From NCBI GenBank assembly GCA_963784905.1, contig CAWATP010000009.1, positions 54,279-118,278 of the forward strand: a stretch of DNA of 64,000 nucleotides, read 5' to 3'. The notes under the pieces are model-generated. The model made no database searches. It was not told where the DNA came from and saw only the letters and a program-made list of their open reading frames with translations. The translations under genes and the position numbers were made by a program. This DNA comes from an uncultured Actinomycetota bacterium (GTDB lineage Bacteria > Actinomycetota > Actinomycetes > S36-B12 > UBA5976). Shown piece by piece: positions 10,442 to 19,143 of the stretch (within the stretch, counting starts at the first letter, position 1; every line of letters begins with the position of its first letter).

Positions 10442-11827
10442 CTAAAGCGGGATATTGCCGTGGTGGCCACGTACTCCCGGAGTACGGCGGATCACTGCCG
10501 CGACTGCGCTCCGCGTCAGTGCGGGTTCCACAATTTCATCGACCATGCCGAGTTCGACCGCGCGATCGATGCCGCCCGTCAGTTGCTCGTGTTCCGCCGC
10601 GAGTTCGAGTTCGACTTGCTCGCGTGACTCGGCCGGTACATCGGCCAACTTACGTCGGTGCAGGATGCGGATGGCCGCCACGGAACCCATAACCGCCACT
10701 TGGGCATCAGGCCAGGCAAACACATGCGTCGCCCCGAGTGACTTCGAGTTCATCGCGACGTAGGCGCCGCCGAAAGCCTTGCGTGTGACAACCGTGACAC
10801 GAGGCACCACGCACTCGGAGAACGCATGCAACAGCTTGGCTCCGCGGCGAACGACACCCTCCCACTCCTGACCGACGCCGGGCAGGTAGCCGGGGACATC
10901 GACGAGCACAACCAGCGGAATCGCGAAGGCGTCACACATGCGCACAAAACGCCCTGACTTTTCGGCACTGGACGAATCCAGACAGCCACCAAGGCGCAGC
11001 GGATTGTTGGCGACAACTCCGACGGTTCTGCCGCCCAATCGGCCCAATGCGGTGACGATGTTGGGTGCCCAACCGGCGTGCAATTCGACGGTCGTGCCTT
11101 CATCGAGGAAAGCACGCACCAGCGGGTGTACGTCGTATGCGCGCTTGGCGGCGGCGGGCAGCAGTGAGCCGAGGTCGGTGTCTTCGATGCTCGCGAGATC
11201 AAGCGACCCTTGCTTGCCGATCAGCGTCGTGAGCGTGCGGGCCCTGTCATACGCATGCTGTTCGGACCCGGCGACGATGTGTACCACGCCCGATCGACGA
11301 CCATGCGGTTCAGCACCACCGAGGCGATCCATGTCGACGTCCTCGCCGGTCACAGAGCGGACAACTTCCGGCCCTGTCACAAAGATGCGCCCCTCAGGCG
11401 CGAGGATCACGATGTCGGTCAGCGCTGGTCCGTAGGCGGCGCCCCCCGCGGCGGGCCCGACGACGACAGAGATCTGCGGGATGCGCCCGGACGCGCGCGT
11501 CATCGCTGCGAAGACGCGACCGACGGCATCCAGTGCCTCAACGCCCTCGCGAAGTCGCGCGCCTCCGGAATGCCAGATGCCCACGATTGGTGATGAGTCT
11601 CCAAGCGCTCGGTCGTACGCGGCCTCGATAGCACGGCAACCGGCGGAGCCCATGGCTCCACCCTGCACGGTCGGATCGGAGCAAAAGGCAACCACACTGG
11701 CGCCGTTGACCAGCCCGACCGCGCTGTGAAAACCGGCAGCATCAACAGGGGTAATCGAAGTGAACATGCCGTCGTCGAAGAAAGCGGCGAGCCGTGCCTG
11801 CGGGCTACGTGGATCAAGCTCGGTCAT
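10442..11827 (-). CDS. Acyl-CoA carboxylase carboxyltransferase (beta) subunit
   Basis: SGGARLREG, GPAAGGAAY, DVPGYLPG and HHGNIPL motifs. Confidence 0.93.
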   Translation of the reverse strand: MTELDPRSPQARLAAFFDDGMFTSITPVDAAGFHSAVGLVNGASVVAFCSDPTVQGGAMGSAGCRAIEAAYDRALGDSSPIVGIWHSGGARLREGVEALDAVGRVFAAMTRASGRIPQISVVVGPAAGGAAYGPALTDIVILAPEGRIFVTGPEVVRSVTGEDVDMDRLGGAEPHGRRSGVVHIVAGSEQHAYDRARTLTTLIGKQGSLDLASIEDTDLGSLLPAAAKRAYDVHPLVRAFLDEGTTVELHAGWAPNIVTALGRLGGRTVGVVANNPLRLGGCLDSSSAEKSGRFVRMCDAFAIPLVVLVDVPGYLPGVGQEWEGVVRRGAKLLHAFSECVVPRVTVVTRKAFGGAYVAMNSKSLGATHVFAWPDAQVAVMGSVAAIRILHRRKLADVPAESREQVELELAAEHEQLTGGIDRAVELGMVDEIVEPALTRSAVAAVIRRTPGVRGHHGNIPL

Positions 11828-11836
11828 AGCAGGGGC

Positions 11837-13072
11837 TCAGTAATTGCGGAAGACCACGGCGACGTCATGGCCGCCGAAGCCAAACGAGTTGTTGAGCCCA
11901 GCGATGTCGCCAGCGGGAAGCGGCCGCGCAACATTTGCCACGACATCGATGCCGAGGTCTTCTTCCATGTCCTCGATGTTGATGGTCGGCGGTGCCATCC
12001 GATCTTGAATAGCGAGAAGCGTGAAAATCGACTCCAACGCACCCGCGCCACCGAGCAAGTGACCAGTCATCGACTTGGTGCCCGATACGAGCACATTCGC
12101 CGCGTGCGCGCCGAGACCCTGGCGGATGGCCTTGGCTTCCGCTACGTCTCCGGCAGGAGTCGATGTGGCATGCGCATTCACGTGCGCAACGTCACTGGCT
12201 GAGAGCCCAGCGTTGGAAAGCGCCAGTTGAATAGCCCGCGTGGCACCACGACCTTCTGGCTCTGGCTGCGCGATGTCGTGACCGTCGGACGTCATGCCAG
12301 AGCCTGCGTAGACGCCGTAGATGTGTGCACCACGAGCCTTGGCGTGGGCTTCGGATTCAAGCACGAGCGATGCAGCGCCTTCGCCCATGACGAATCCATC
12401 GCGGCCTTTGTCGTACGGGCGTGACGCCCGAGCCGGATCGTCATTGCGCGTTGAGAGCGCACCCATGACCGCGAACGAAGCAATGGGCATCGGATGGATG
12501 GCCGCTTCAGTGCCACCGACGATGACAACATCGGCGCGACCATCTTCAATCATGCGGGCGCCAACGGCGACCGCCTCGGCGCCGGAAGCACAGGCCGAAA
12601 CGGGGCAGTGGACGCCTGCGCGAGCGCCGAATTCCAAGCCAACCCACGCGGCCGGACCGTTGGGCATGAGCTGTGGAACAGAAAGGACGGGCACGCGGCG
12701 CCAGCCCTTTTCCATCAACGTCTCGTAGTTCTTCAGCACCGAGATGATTCCGCCGATGCCGGTTGCGTATGCGACGCCAAGGCGGTCCTTATCGACGTCG
12801 TCGCCGAGACCGGCATCTGCCCAAGCTTCGCGTGAGGCGACGATGGCGAATTGCTGGGAGCGGTCGAGTCGACGAGCCTTGACGGGCTCGAGGCCTTGGT
12901 CCAACGGCTCTGCTACCGCTACGCCCGCAAACTGCACGGGCAGTGTGTCGATCCACTCATAGGGCATGGTGACAATGCCGGACTTGCCCGCGATTGCGTT
13001 CGCCCAAGTCTCCTTGGCCGTGCCACCCAACGGTGTAGTCGCGCCGATGCCAGTAACGACAACAGTGGTCAT
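11837..13072 (-). CDS. fabF: Beta-ketoacyl-ACP synthase II
   Basis: SACASG, NAHATST, KSMTGHLLG and NSFGFGGH motifs. Confidence 0.95.
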   Translation of the reverse strand: MTTVVVTGIGATTPLGGTAKETWANAIAGKSGIVTMPYEWIDTLPVQFAGVAVAEPLDQGLEPVKARRLDRSQQFAIVASREAWADAGLGDDVDKDRLGVAYATGIGGIISVLKNYETLMEKGWRRVPVLSVPQLMPNGPAAWVGLEFGARAGVHCPVSACASGAEAVAVGARMIEDGRADVVIVGGTEAAIHPMPIASFAVMGALSTRNDDPARASRPYDKGRDGFVMGEGAASLVLESEAHAKARGAHIYGVYAGSGMTSDGHDIAQPEPEGRGATRAIQLALSNAGLSASDVAHVNAHATSTPAGDVAEAKAIRQGLGAHAANVLVSGTKSMTGHLLGGAGALESIFTLLAIQDRMAPPTINIEDMEEDLGIDVVANVARPLPAGDIAGLNNSFGFGGHDVAVVFRNY

Positions 13073-13341
13073 GCCTTACCCCTTAGCCCTAACGAGATGC
13101 CCGCTGAAGAGATCTTTAGCGTGGCGTTGGCGTGGTCTTGATTCTTGCTGGCCGCCAAAGTCGTGAACTCCAGCTTGCCTGGTCCTATGACGATGCCGCG
13201 GTGCATCGACCGAGCCGAAGGCAACGGTCGAAGGGGACCGGAAGCGCCTGAGTCAAAGAGCGAGGCGTGGCATTCTTTTTGGCCACGCCTCGCGAACGGC
13301 GCGAGGATCCCCGTAGACCTTTGCCTACGGCGCAGTGTGTG

Positions 13342-13581
13342 TTACAGCGCTGCCTTGACGAAGTTCAGGACGTCAGCGACGGTCTTGAGGTTCTTGAGCT
13401 CAGAGTCGGGGATCGAGACGCCGAACTTCTCTTCAGCGGCCATCGAGATCTCCACCATCGAGAGCGAATCGACATCGAGGTCGTCAACGAACGACTTCTC
13501 GAGTTCGATGTCAGCCTCAGCGACGCCGGCGATTTCGTTCACGATCGATCGGAGCGTGTCGAGGATCTCCTGGTCGGTCAT
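13342..13581 (-). CDS. acpP: Acyl carrier protein
   Basis: DLDVDSLSMVE; AAAGGA RBS before ATG 13581. Confidence 0.96.
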   Translation of the reverse strand: MTDQEILDTLRSIVNEIAGVAEADIELEKSFVDDLDVDSLSMVEISMAAEEKFGVSIPDSELKNLKTVADVLNFVKAAL

Positions 13582-13627
13582 GGTATTTCCTTTCGTGGAG
13601 GTTCCGGATGCGATTGCAGCCGGAGGT

Positions 13628-14638
13628 TTAGGGGATGCGGATGACCTGCGCCGCATACGCGAGGCCGGCTCCGAAGCCGACCATGAGTGCGAGGTCGCCC
13701 GACTTGGCGAGTCCGTCGTTGACGAGCCCGTCAAGCGCGAGGGGGATTGACGCAGCCGACGTGTTGCCCGTCATGATGATGTCACGCGCAACCACGACGG
13801 TGTCGGGGAATTTCAGTCCGCGCACCAGGGCGTCTGTGATGCGATTGTTGGCTTGATGTGGCACGAACAATTGGATGTCATCGGCGGTAAGGCCAGCTGC
13901 TGCGAGTGCTTGGTGGCATACGCCGACCATGCTGCCGACAGCCCACTTGAAGACCTTCTGGCCTTCCATGCGCAATGTCGGCCAACGGAACTTGCCAGTG
14001 CTGTTGAACTCTTCACGCAGGTCGAGCCAGTTGGGTTCGACGACGATGGTGTTGAACTCGCTGCCATCCGCACCCCACACCGTCGGTCCAACACCCGGTG
14101 TATCCGCAGGGCCGAGGACAAAGGCGCCGGCGCCATCGGCGAAAATGAAGGCGGTGCCGCGATCGGCCGGGTCCGTCCAAGAAGAGAGCTTCTCGACTCC
14201 GACGACAAGCACATAGTCACTCTGTCCGGTGCTGATGATGCCGTCAGCCATACCCACGCCATACGGGAAACCGGCGCAGGCCGCCGAGACGTCGAAGGCT
14301 CCAGCATTGGTTGCCCCAATGCGGGCTGCCACAAGTACGGCCGCGCTTGGCGTTTGGTACGGGTGCGAAATGGTTGAGACGATGACCGTGCCCAGTTGCT
14401 TCGCACTAATACCGGCGTGAGCAAGTGCCTTAGTTGCAGCATCGCTGCCCATGTCAATGATGTCGACGTCATGTGGCGCCCAAAGCCGCTGCCTGATACC
14501 GGTGCGTTCCTGGATCCACTCATCTGATGAGTCGATGGGGCCGATGATTTCGGAGTTCGGTACAACGCGCTCGGCGCGATGCACGCCGAAACCGATGACC
14601 TCGCTGTAGCGGCGCGGGTTTGCCTTCATGGTGCTCAC
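13628..14638 (-). CDS. fabH: Beta-ketoacyl-ACP synthase III
   Basis: AACAGF, PHQAN, GNTSAASIP and GFGAGL motifs. Confidence 0.95.
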   Translation of the reverse strand: MSTMKANPRRYSEVIGFGVHRAERVVPNSEIIGPIDSSDEWIQERTGIRQRLWAPHDVDIIDMGSDAATKALAHAGISAKQLGTVIVSTISHPYQTPSAAVLVAARIGATNAGAFDVSAACAGFPYGVGMADGIISTGQSDYVLVVGVEKLSSWTDPADRGTAFIFADGAGAFVLGPADTPGVGPTVWGADGSEFNTIVVEPNWLDLREEFNSTGKFRWPTLRMEGQKVFKWAVGSMVGVCHQALAAAGLTADDIQLFVPHQANNRITDALVRGLKFPDTVVVARDIIMTGNTSAASIPLALDGLVNDGLAKSGDLALMVGFGAGLAYAAQVIRIP

Positions 14639-15828
14639 GCGTTGAGTTCCTCCGCGATCGGGTGGAGCCGGAGCAGTGGTTGACCGGGAGAGACCGGATC
14701 ACCGTCGGACACGAGCCATTCGACCACAGCACCGCCATATTCGGCGAACACCGGGGTTTCGTCATGGAGATGTACTACCGCTGCAACGACAGTCTGAGGC
14801 TCGAGCAGTACCCCTTCATCGAGACCTTCCATCACGCGCACCGTGCCCTTTGCGGGGCTGACAACGAGTCGCCATGCGGGTTGCGTCTGCAGCAAGTTCG
14901 ATTCACCGTGTTCCGCGACGAAGGTTCGAGCTGCATCGAGATCGTCGGGTGACTTGAGCGCAAACGTGGCAATACCCGGAAGAGCTCGCTTGATGAGTCC
15001 AGTGAGCGTGCCGGCTGGGGGGATCTCCAGGATGCCGGTTGCGCCGAGATCTGCGAAGGCCTGCATGCAGAGGTCCCATCGCACCGGGTTGGAAACTTGC
15101 GAAACGAGGCGCTTGAGAACTTCTTGGCCGCTGGAGAGCACCTGACCATCGGCATTGGAAAGCAGTGCCACGCGTGGGTCATGGGTCGAGATGGCGCGGG
15201 CGAGTTTGCCTAACTGCCGTGTGGCTGGCGACATATGCGAGGTATGGAATGCGCCGGCAACCGAGAGGGGGCGAACCTTGGCTTTGGCCGGCGGATCGGC
15301 CTCGAAAGCAGCCAACTGCTCGATGGTTCCCGCGGCCACAATTTGGCCGGCACCATTGTCGTTTGCGGCGGTGAGACCATGCTTGGCTATTGAGGAGAGC
15401 ACCTCCTCGCGTTCGCCGCCCAGTACCGCGGCCATACTCGTCTTGGTGATAGCCGCGGCTGATGCCATGGCCCGAGCGCGTTCACGGACGAACACCATGG
15501 CCTGTTCCGCTGTCAGAACACCGGTCGAAGCGGCCGCTGTAATTTCGCCGACGCTGTGGCCGGCGCCAGCGCCGAGGACGGCCCATCCATCCGAAGGATG
15601 CGGGAAGAGTTCAAGCAGCGATACAACTCCGGTCGCCACAATCAGCGGCTGGGCGACGGCGGTGTCGCGGATCGTGTCGGCGTCTGCCGCTGTGCCGTAC
15701 GCCCGCAGATCCATATCCGCGACGGTCGAAAGCCAGTCAAGTCGGTCACCAAAGTGGGGAAGCTCAAGCCACGGCGCCAGCATGCCTGGTGTCTGAGACC
15801 CCTGTCCGGGGGCGACGATGATGAGCAT
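14635..15828 (-). CDS. fabD: ACP S-malonyltransferase with C-terminal biotinyl/lipoyl-like domain
   Basis: PGQGSQ, GHSVGE, VAGAFHT and SNPVRW motifs. Confidence 0.93.
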   Translation of the reverse strand: MLIIVAPGQGSQTPGMLAPWLELPHFGDRLDWLSTVADMDLRAYGTAADADTIRDTAVAQPLIVATGVVSLLELFPHPSDGWAVLGAGAGHSVGEITAAASTGVLTAEQAMVFVRERARAMASAAAITKTSMAAVLGGEREEVLSSIAKHGLTAANDNGAGQIVAAGTIEQLAAFEADPPAKAKVRPLSVAGAFHTSHMSPATRQLGKLARAISTHDPRVALLSNADGQVLSSGQEVLKRLVSQVSNPVRWDLCMQAFADLGATGILEIPPAGTLTGLIKRALPGIATFALKSPDDLDAARTFVAEHGESNLLQTQPAWRLVVSPAKGTVRVMEGLDEGVLLEPQTVVAAVVHLHDETPVFAEYGGAVVEWLVSDGDPVSPGQPLLRLHPIAEELNA

Positions 15829-15863
15829 TCGGCAAGCCTGACGTGTTACCGCGGGGTCGCCAA
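15829..15863 (-). promoter_or_regulatory. Putative leaderless fabD promoter overlapping the att core
   Basis: Minus strand TTGGCG-17 nt-CAGGCT-6 nt-ATG; no Shine-Dalgarno sequence. Confidence 0.5.
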
Positions 15864-16133
15864 ATTGAACACGCCATCACCTTCAGGCGACGGCTCGACT
15901 CCATCCATCAACCAGGCCTCGTCAACGCCACAGGCGCGAGCAATAGCGCGCAAGAAGGGCACCTTGCGAGCGCGTGGCCAGTTGCGATTTTCGTATCCGG
16001 CCAACGTGGTACGAGAGATGCCAACGAGCTCGGCGACCTCTCGCTGTTCAAGTCCGGCGACAGTGCGCGCCAACACGATGCGTTCAGCAACCGTGAAGCG
16101 GGGAACCTCGCCTGTCAGTGCGTGAATACTCAT
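15846..16133 (-). CDS. XRE-family immunity repressor, prophage (truncated) form, 95 aa
   Basis: HTH LEQREVAELVGISRTTLAGYE...GVDEAWL; reads through the att core and stops at a TAA completed by host sequence. Confidence 0.9.
   Translation of the reverse strand: MSIHALTGEVPRFTVAERIVLARTVAGLEQREVAELVGISRTTLAGYENRNWPRARKVPFLRAIARACGVDEAWLMDGVEPSPEGDGVFNLATPR
15848..15865 (+). repeat. Left attachment site core ACCGCGGGGTCGCCAAAT
   Basis: Identical to 32579-32596. Confidence 0.95.
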
Positions 16134-16228
16134 GTGTTCAAGTTTGACCCTTAGAGCACAATTGCGCAACACGCCGAATGTGAACGTGGTTCTTGCATTT
16201 GTGCGGACTCTGGTCCTATCTTGAACCT
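16134..16228. promoter_or_regulatory. Divergent leaderless promoters for repressor and cro
   Basis: Plus strand TTGCAT-18-TATCTT-6-ATG; minus strand TTGCGC-17-CAAACT-7-ATG. Confidence 0.65.
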
Positions 16229-16411
16229 ATGTCCAATTCTTTGATGACGACCAGAGAAGCCTCCCAGGCACTTGGCGTCACCGTGAAGACCATCAACTCC
16301 CTGGCACGGGCGGGGCGCATCAAGACGGCCCACAAGGGCGCCGGGCGAACGTCCTCTCGCATGTTCCGCATTGAAGACATTGAGGACTTCAAGCGCGAGC
16401 GCGCTGCATGA
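16229..16411 (+). CDS. Cro/Xis-like small HTH protein (MerR/HTH_17 type)
   Basis: LMTTREASQALGVTVKTINSLARAGRI; divergent from the repressor; ends in -RAA. Confidence 0.85.
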   Translation: MSNSLMTTREASQALGVTVKTINSLARAGRIKTAHKGAGRTSSRMFRIEDIEDFKRERAA

Positions 16412-16473
16412 CCTCCGTCGGCCGCGTGCATTCCCCCGTCGCGTGGCCGGCGGACTTCCCTACACAAATGAAA

Positions 16474-16512
16474 GCCCGGCGCGGTTCCCTAACCAAGAAC
16501 CCCGCGCCGGGC
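16474..16512. terminator. GC-rich hairpin downstream of cro
   Basis: GCCCGGCGCGG ... CCGCGCCGGGC inverted repeat preceded by AAA. Confidence 0.45.
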
Positions 16513-16532
16513 ACCTACTGAAAGAAGGCGCA

Positions 16533-16664
16533 ATGACACTAGCAATCATCGTTGGACTTCTCGCCCTGGTGGCGTGGTCCTATATCCGCCGCGAACGCCG
16601 CCGCGCTACTGAGCGCCGCTCGCAGCTCGTCGCCCGCCTCAACATCGAGGAGGGTGCGCGATGA
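16533..16664 (+). CDS. Small viral membrane protein
   Basis: AAGAAGG RBS; single TM plus basic tail; ATGA coupling to the next gene. Confidence 0.7.
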   Translation: MTLAIIVGLLALVAWSYIRRERRRATERRSQLVARLNIEEGAR

Positions 16665-16924
16665 GCCAACGAGAGTCCGAGCTGCGCGACGCAGCCACCG
16701 CGGCCAAGTCCCGGATTAGCCAACTCCTGACCGATGCGCAGGGCAACCCTCCGCACCCGAGCCACCTCGACTACATCCTCATTCAAATTGCACTCTTCGG
16801 CGCGGAGTGCGCACCCAGGGCCAGCACCGCGGAAGCTACTTGCAAAGCCATCGTCGCCGAGGTCGATAGGGCCCTTGCACTGCGAGCAGACCAGGCAAGT
16901 GCAAGCGTGGTGAGGTTGGCATGA
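16661..16924 (+). CDS. Viral hypothetical protein
   Basis: GGAGG RBS; ATGA overlaps at both ends. Confidence 0.7.
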   Translation: MSQRESELRDAATAAKSRISQLLTDAQGNPPHPSHLDYILIQIALFGAECAPRASTAEATCKAIVAEVDRALALRADQASASVVRLA

Positions 16925-17142
16925 TTCCCCGTCACTGTGCTCTGTGTGGTTTGGTCGCCAACCGCAACACCAAGCCCTTCATCATCTTCATGACGCTGCG
17001 CGTCCTCGATGTCGATTTCATCGGCGCCTGCCGCGTACACATGGACCCGACGAACTCCCTAATTGGCAGAGAGCCAGACGTTGAGCTCGTGAAGACGTTC
17101 TTCGCCGCCGACTTCCGCGAGCCCTCCGTGGAGGTGCGCTGA
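16921..17142 (+). CDS. Viral hypothetical protein (CxxC)
   Basis: Coupled start/stop overlaps; GAGG RBS. Confidence 0.65.
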   Translation: MIPRHCALCGLVANRNTKPFIIFMTLRVLDVDFIGACRVHMDPTNSLIGREPDVELVKTFFAADFREPSVEVR

Positions 17143-17360
17143 TGACGTGGCTTGCATTGTTGGCTGGCCTGCTCTTCGGTGGGCTCACCGGCTGGGTGTG
17201 CGGGATGCTCACCATCTTCAAAGCCTTCGGGCACATCATCGACCTGGGCAAACGCCTCCTGGTCGCACAAGCTGCCGCCGGGGCGCCTTCCGGCGGCACG
17301 GTGGGGCTCGGGCGTCGGGAAGCGTCTGAGCCTCACCACGGCACCAAGGTCGGTGTCTGA
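17142..17360 (+). CDS. Small viral membrane protein
   Basis: GGAGG RBS; N-terminal TM; TGATG coupling. Confidence 0.7.
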   Translation: MTWLALLAGLLFGGLTGWVCGMLTIFKAFGHIIDLGKRLLVAQAAAGAPSGGTVGLGRREASEPHHGTKVGV

Positions 17361-17590
17361 TGGCACTTTCAGGACTCAAGCTCGGGCAGCGCGTTGCGTG
17401 GAACGGGCAGGCGTTCACGGTGTGGGCGAAGGCACCTGCCGCACGACAGTGGTGGCTGTATCAGCACCCGCAAGAGGGGGGGGGGCTCGCCCGGTTTCAT
17501 CTGTGCGAAACAGGGCGACCTGTTCCCGCCCACGCCTGCCGGTCTCGCCGCGTCCATCGAACGCTTGAACCCAGGGGCGTGAGCGTATGA
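17360..17590 (+). CDS. Viral hypothetical protein containing a G10 tract
   Basis: TGATG coupling; homopolymer at 17476-17485 may shift the C-terminal frame. Confidence 0.6.
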   Translation: MALSGLKLGQRVAWNGQAFTVWAKAPAARQWWLYQHPQEGGGLARFHLCETGRPVPAHACRSRRVHRTLEPRGVSV

Positions 17591-17886
17591 CCACGATCGA
17601 CTTCGAGCCTAAGCCCAACGAGACCGGGTACGACTACGCCAACCGGCTCATGATCATGACGGTGGGTTGCTTGGATTGCGAGCATGTGTGGAGCGGCAAG
17701 GGCGCTGACGTGGTGGCCATGTTCAACACGCACCAGACGCAACCGGGCAAGACCACGCACCGGCAGTGGCGGGAAGCGAACTGTCTTTGCGGTTGGCACT
17801 CAGGCAGCGAATACCACGAGCACGCCGTCGTGGTGCTGGCCACCATCGACCATCATTTGGCGATGCATGCGGGGTTGCTGCCATGA
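17587..17886 (+). CDS. Viral Cys/His-rich (putative Zn-binding) protein
   Basis: CLDC, H..H and CLCGW motifs; coupled ORF. Confidence 0.65.
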   Translation: MTTIDFEPKPNETGYDYANRLMIMTVGCLDCEHVWSGKGADVVAMFNTHQTQPGKTTHRQWREANCLCGWHSGSEYHEHAVVVLATIDHHLAMHAGLLP

Positions 17887-18278
17887 GCACACAACTCACC
17901 ATCGAGGCCATCGACCAGGTGATCGAGGCCGGCCACGCACACGCCAACAGCGAGTGGCGCCGTGTCGCCCTGGAGTCGGTGCGCCTGCTGTCTAACACCC
18001 GCGAATTCTTCACCACTGACGAAGTGTGGGAACTGTTGGAGCCGACCGGCTTCACGACCTCGGACCCGCGCGCCCTGGGTGGTGTGATGCGTGCAGCTCG
18101 CGCCGCCGGCTACATCAAGCCGACGCTGGACATGAAGAAGAGCCAACGCCCCGGATGCCACTACCGGCCCATCACCATCTGGATATCACTCCGCGCATCC
18201 GTGCTCCCCCGTTCCGCCAACCGCGGGCACATGGTCGTCAATGTTGACAACATCCCCCGAGAGGCGTACGTCGCATGA
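17883..18278 (+). CDS. Viral putative winged-helix DNA-binding protein
   Basis: FTTDEVWELL...DPRALGGVMRAARAAGYIK...S.RP..H.RP...W pattern that I recall from phage proteins. Confidence 0.6.
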   Translation: MSTQLTIEAIDQVIEAGHAHANSEWRRVALESVRLLSNTREFFTTDEVWELLEPTGFTTSDPRALGGVMRAARAAGYIKPTLDMKKSQRPGCHYRPITIWISLRASVLPRSANRGHMVVNVDNIPREAYVA

Positions 18279-18487
18279 AACTCGTCATCAACGTGAAGCC
18301 TGAGCGCGGCGCTTGGCACTGGGACGTCATCGACCTCGACCAGAAGCGGGCCTACTCCTACGGCATGAATCCGCACTTCGGTGTTGCTTCCACTCGTTGG
18401 GGCGCGATATGGGGCGCGCGCCGTCGCGCCCGTTGGATGAAGCGCGTGGCAGACACCACAGTGGAACGCATCGAGGTGAAGCCATGA
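18275..18487 (+). CDS. Viral hypothetical protein
   Basis: ATGA coupling; GAGG RBS. Confidence 0.65.
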   Translation: MKLVINVKPERGAWHWDVIDLDQKRAYSYGMNPHFGVASTRWGAIWGARRRARWMKRVADTTVERIEVKP

Positions 18488-18594
18488 AGACCGTGCTTGA
18501 TGCCCGTGACGCGAAGGTGTGCCACTGCCCTGGCTGCGGCAATTGGCTCTACGACGGCGCGGCCTGCACTGTCTGCCCAGGGGGTGCGAAGTGA
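18484..18594 (+). CDS. Tiny zinc-ribbon protein (36 aa)
   Basis: CPGC...CTVC; GAGGTG RBS; ATGA and GTGA coupling. Confidence 0.55.
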   Translation: MKTVLDARDAKVCHCPGCGNWLYDGAACTVCPGGAK

Positions 18595-18866
18595 CGCCCG
18601 GCGAGGGACTCGGCCATTGTGCGCCGTGCGTCGAGCGCACTGTGCAGCCCTATCGCAAGTCGGTGAAGCCCAAGGATTGCGGTTACTGCCAGACCTACCA
18701 GGCGGGCATCGTTGAGGGCTGGATGCGCGCCTCTGATGCGGTCACCGAAATCGACTTCGGGCGCGCCGAAACGCTCGGGGTGCAACGGTTCCGCGCGGTG
18801 CTGCGTAACGCACTCCTGGCCAACGCAAAGCTCCACGTTGCCCTGGTCGTGGCCGATGATCGTTGA
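18591..18866 (+). CDS. Viral zinc-finger protein
   Basis: CAPC...CGYC; GTGA coupling. Confidence 0.55.
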   Translation: MTPGEGLGHCAPCVERTVQPYRKSVKPKDCGYCQTYQAGIVEGWMRASDAVTEIDFGRAETLGVQRFRAVLRNALLANAKLHVALVVADDR

Positions 18867-19143
18867 ACGCTGTGCCCGTCACGCTTTCAAGCCCTCCCGT
18901 CACGCCTGCAGCGAATGCCGGGACGCTTTTGAGGCGGCGCGTGACGCGTTGATCGAGCGCAACTATCGTGAGCTCGACGCGCGGTACGAACTGCACCGCC
19001 AACGCACGCTTGCAACGGCCATGTGCAACCTTTGTGACGACAACGCACGCCGGCCCGATGGCCGCCTGTGCCACCATGACCCCGACCATGATGAACGAGT
19101 CGCCCGCGGTGTTGCCGCGTGCCGAGAGGCGTTGGCGTCGTGA
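18856..19143 (+). CDS. Zn-finger protein resembling the C-terminal domain of actinophage replication proteins
   Basis: C..H...CSEC and CNLCDDN...CHHD motifs. Confidence 0.55.
   Translation: MIVERCARHAFKPSRHACSECRDAFEAARDALIERNYRELDARYELHRQRTLATAMCNLCDDNARRPDGRLCHHDPDHDERVARGVAACREALAS

Noticed and set aside
13073-13341. Possible small gene or RNA between acpP and fabF
   Set aside because: No convincing ORF, RBS or known RNA motif; only weak hairpins
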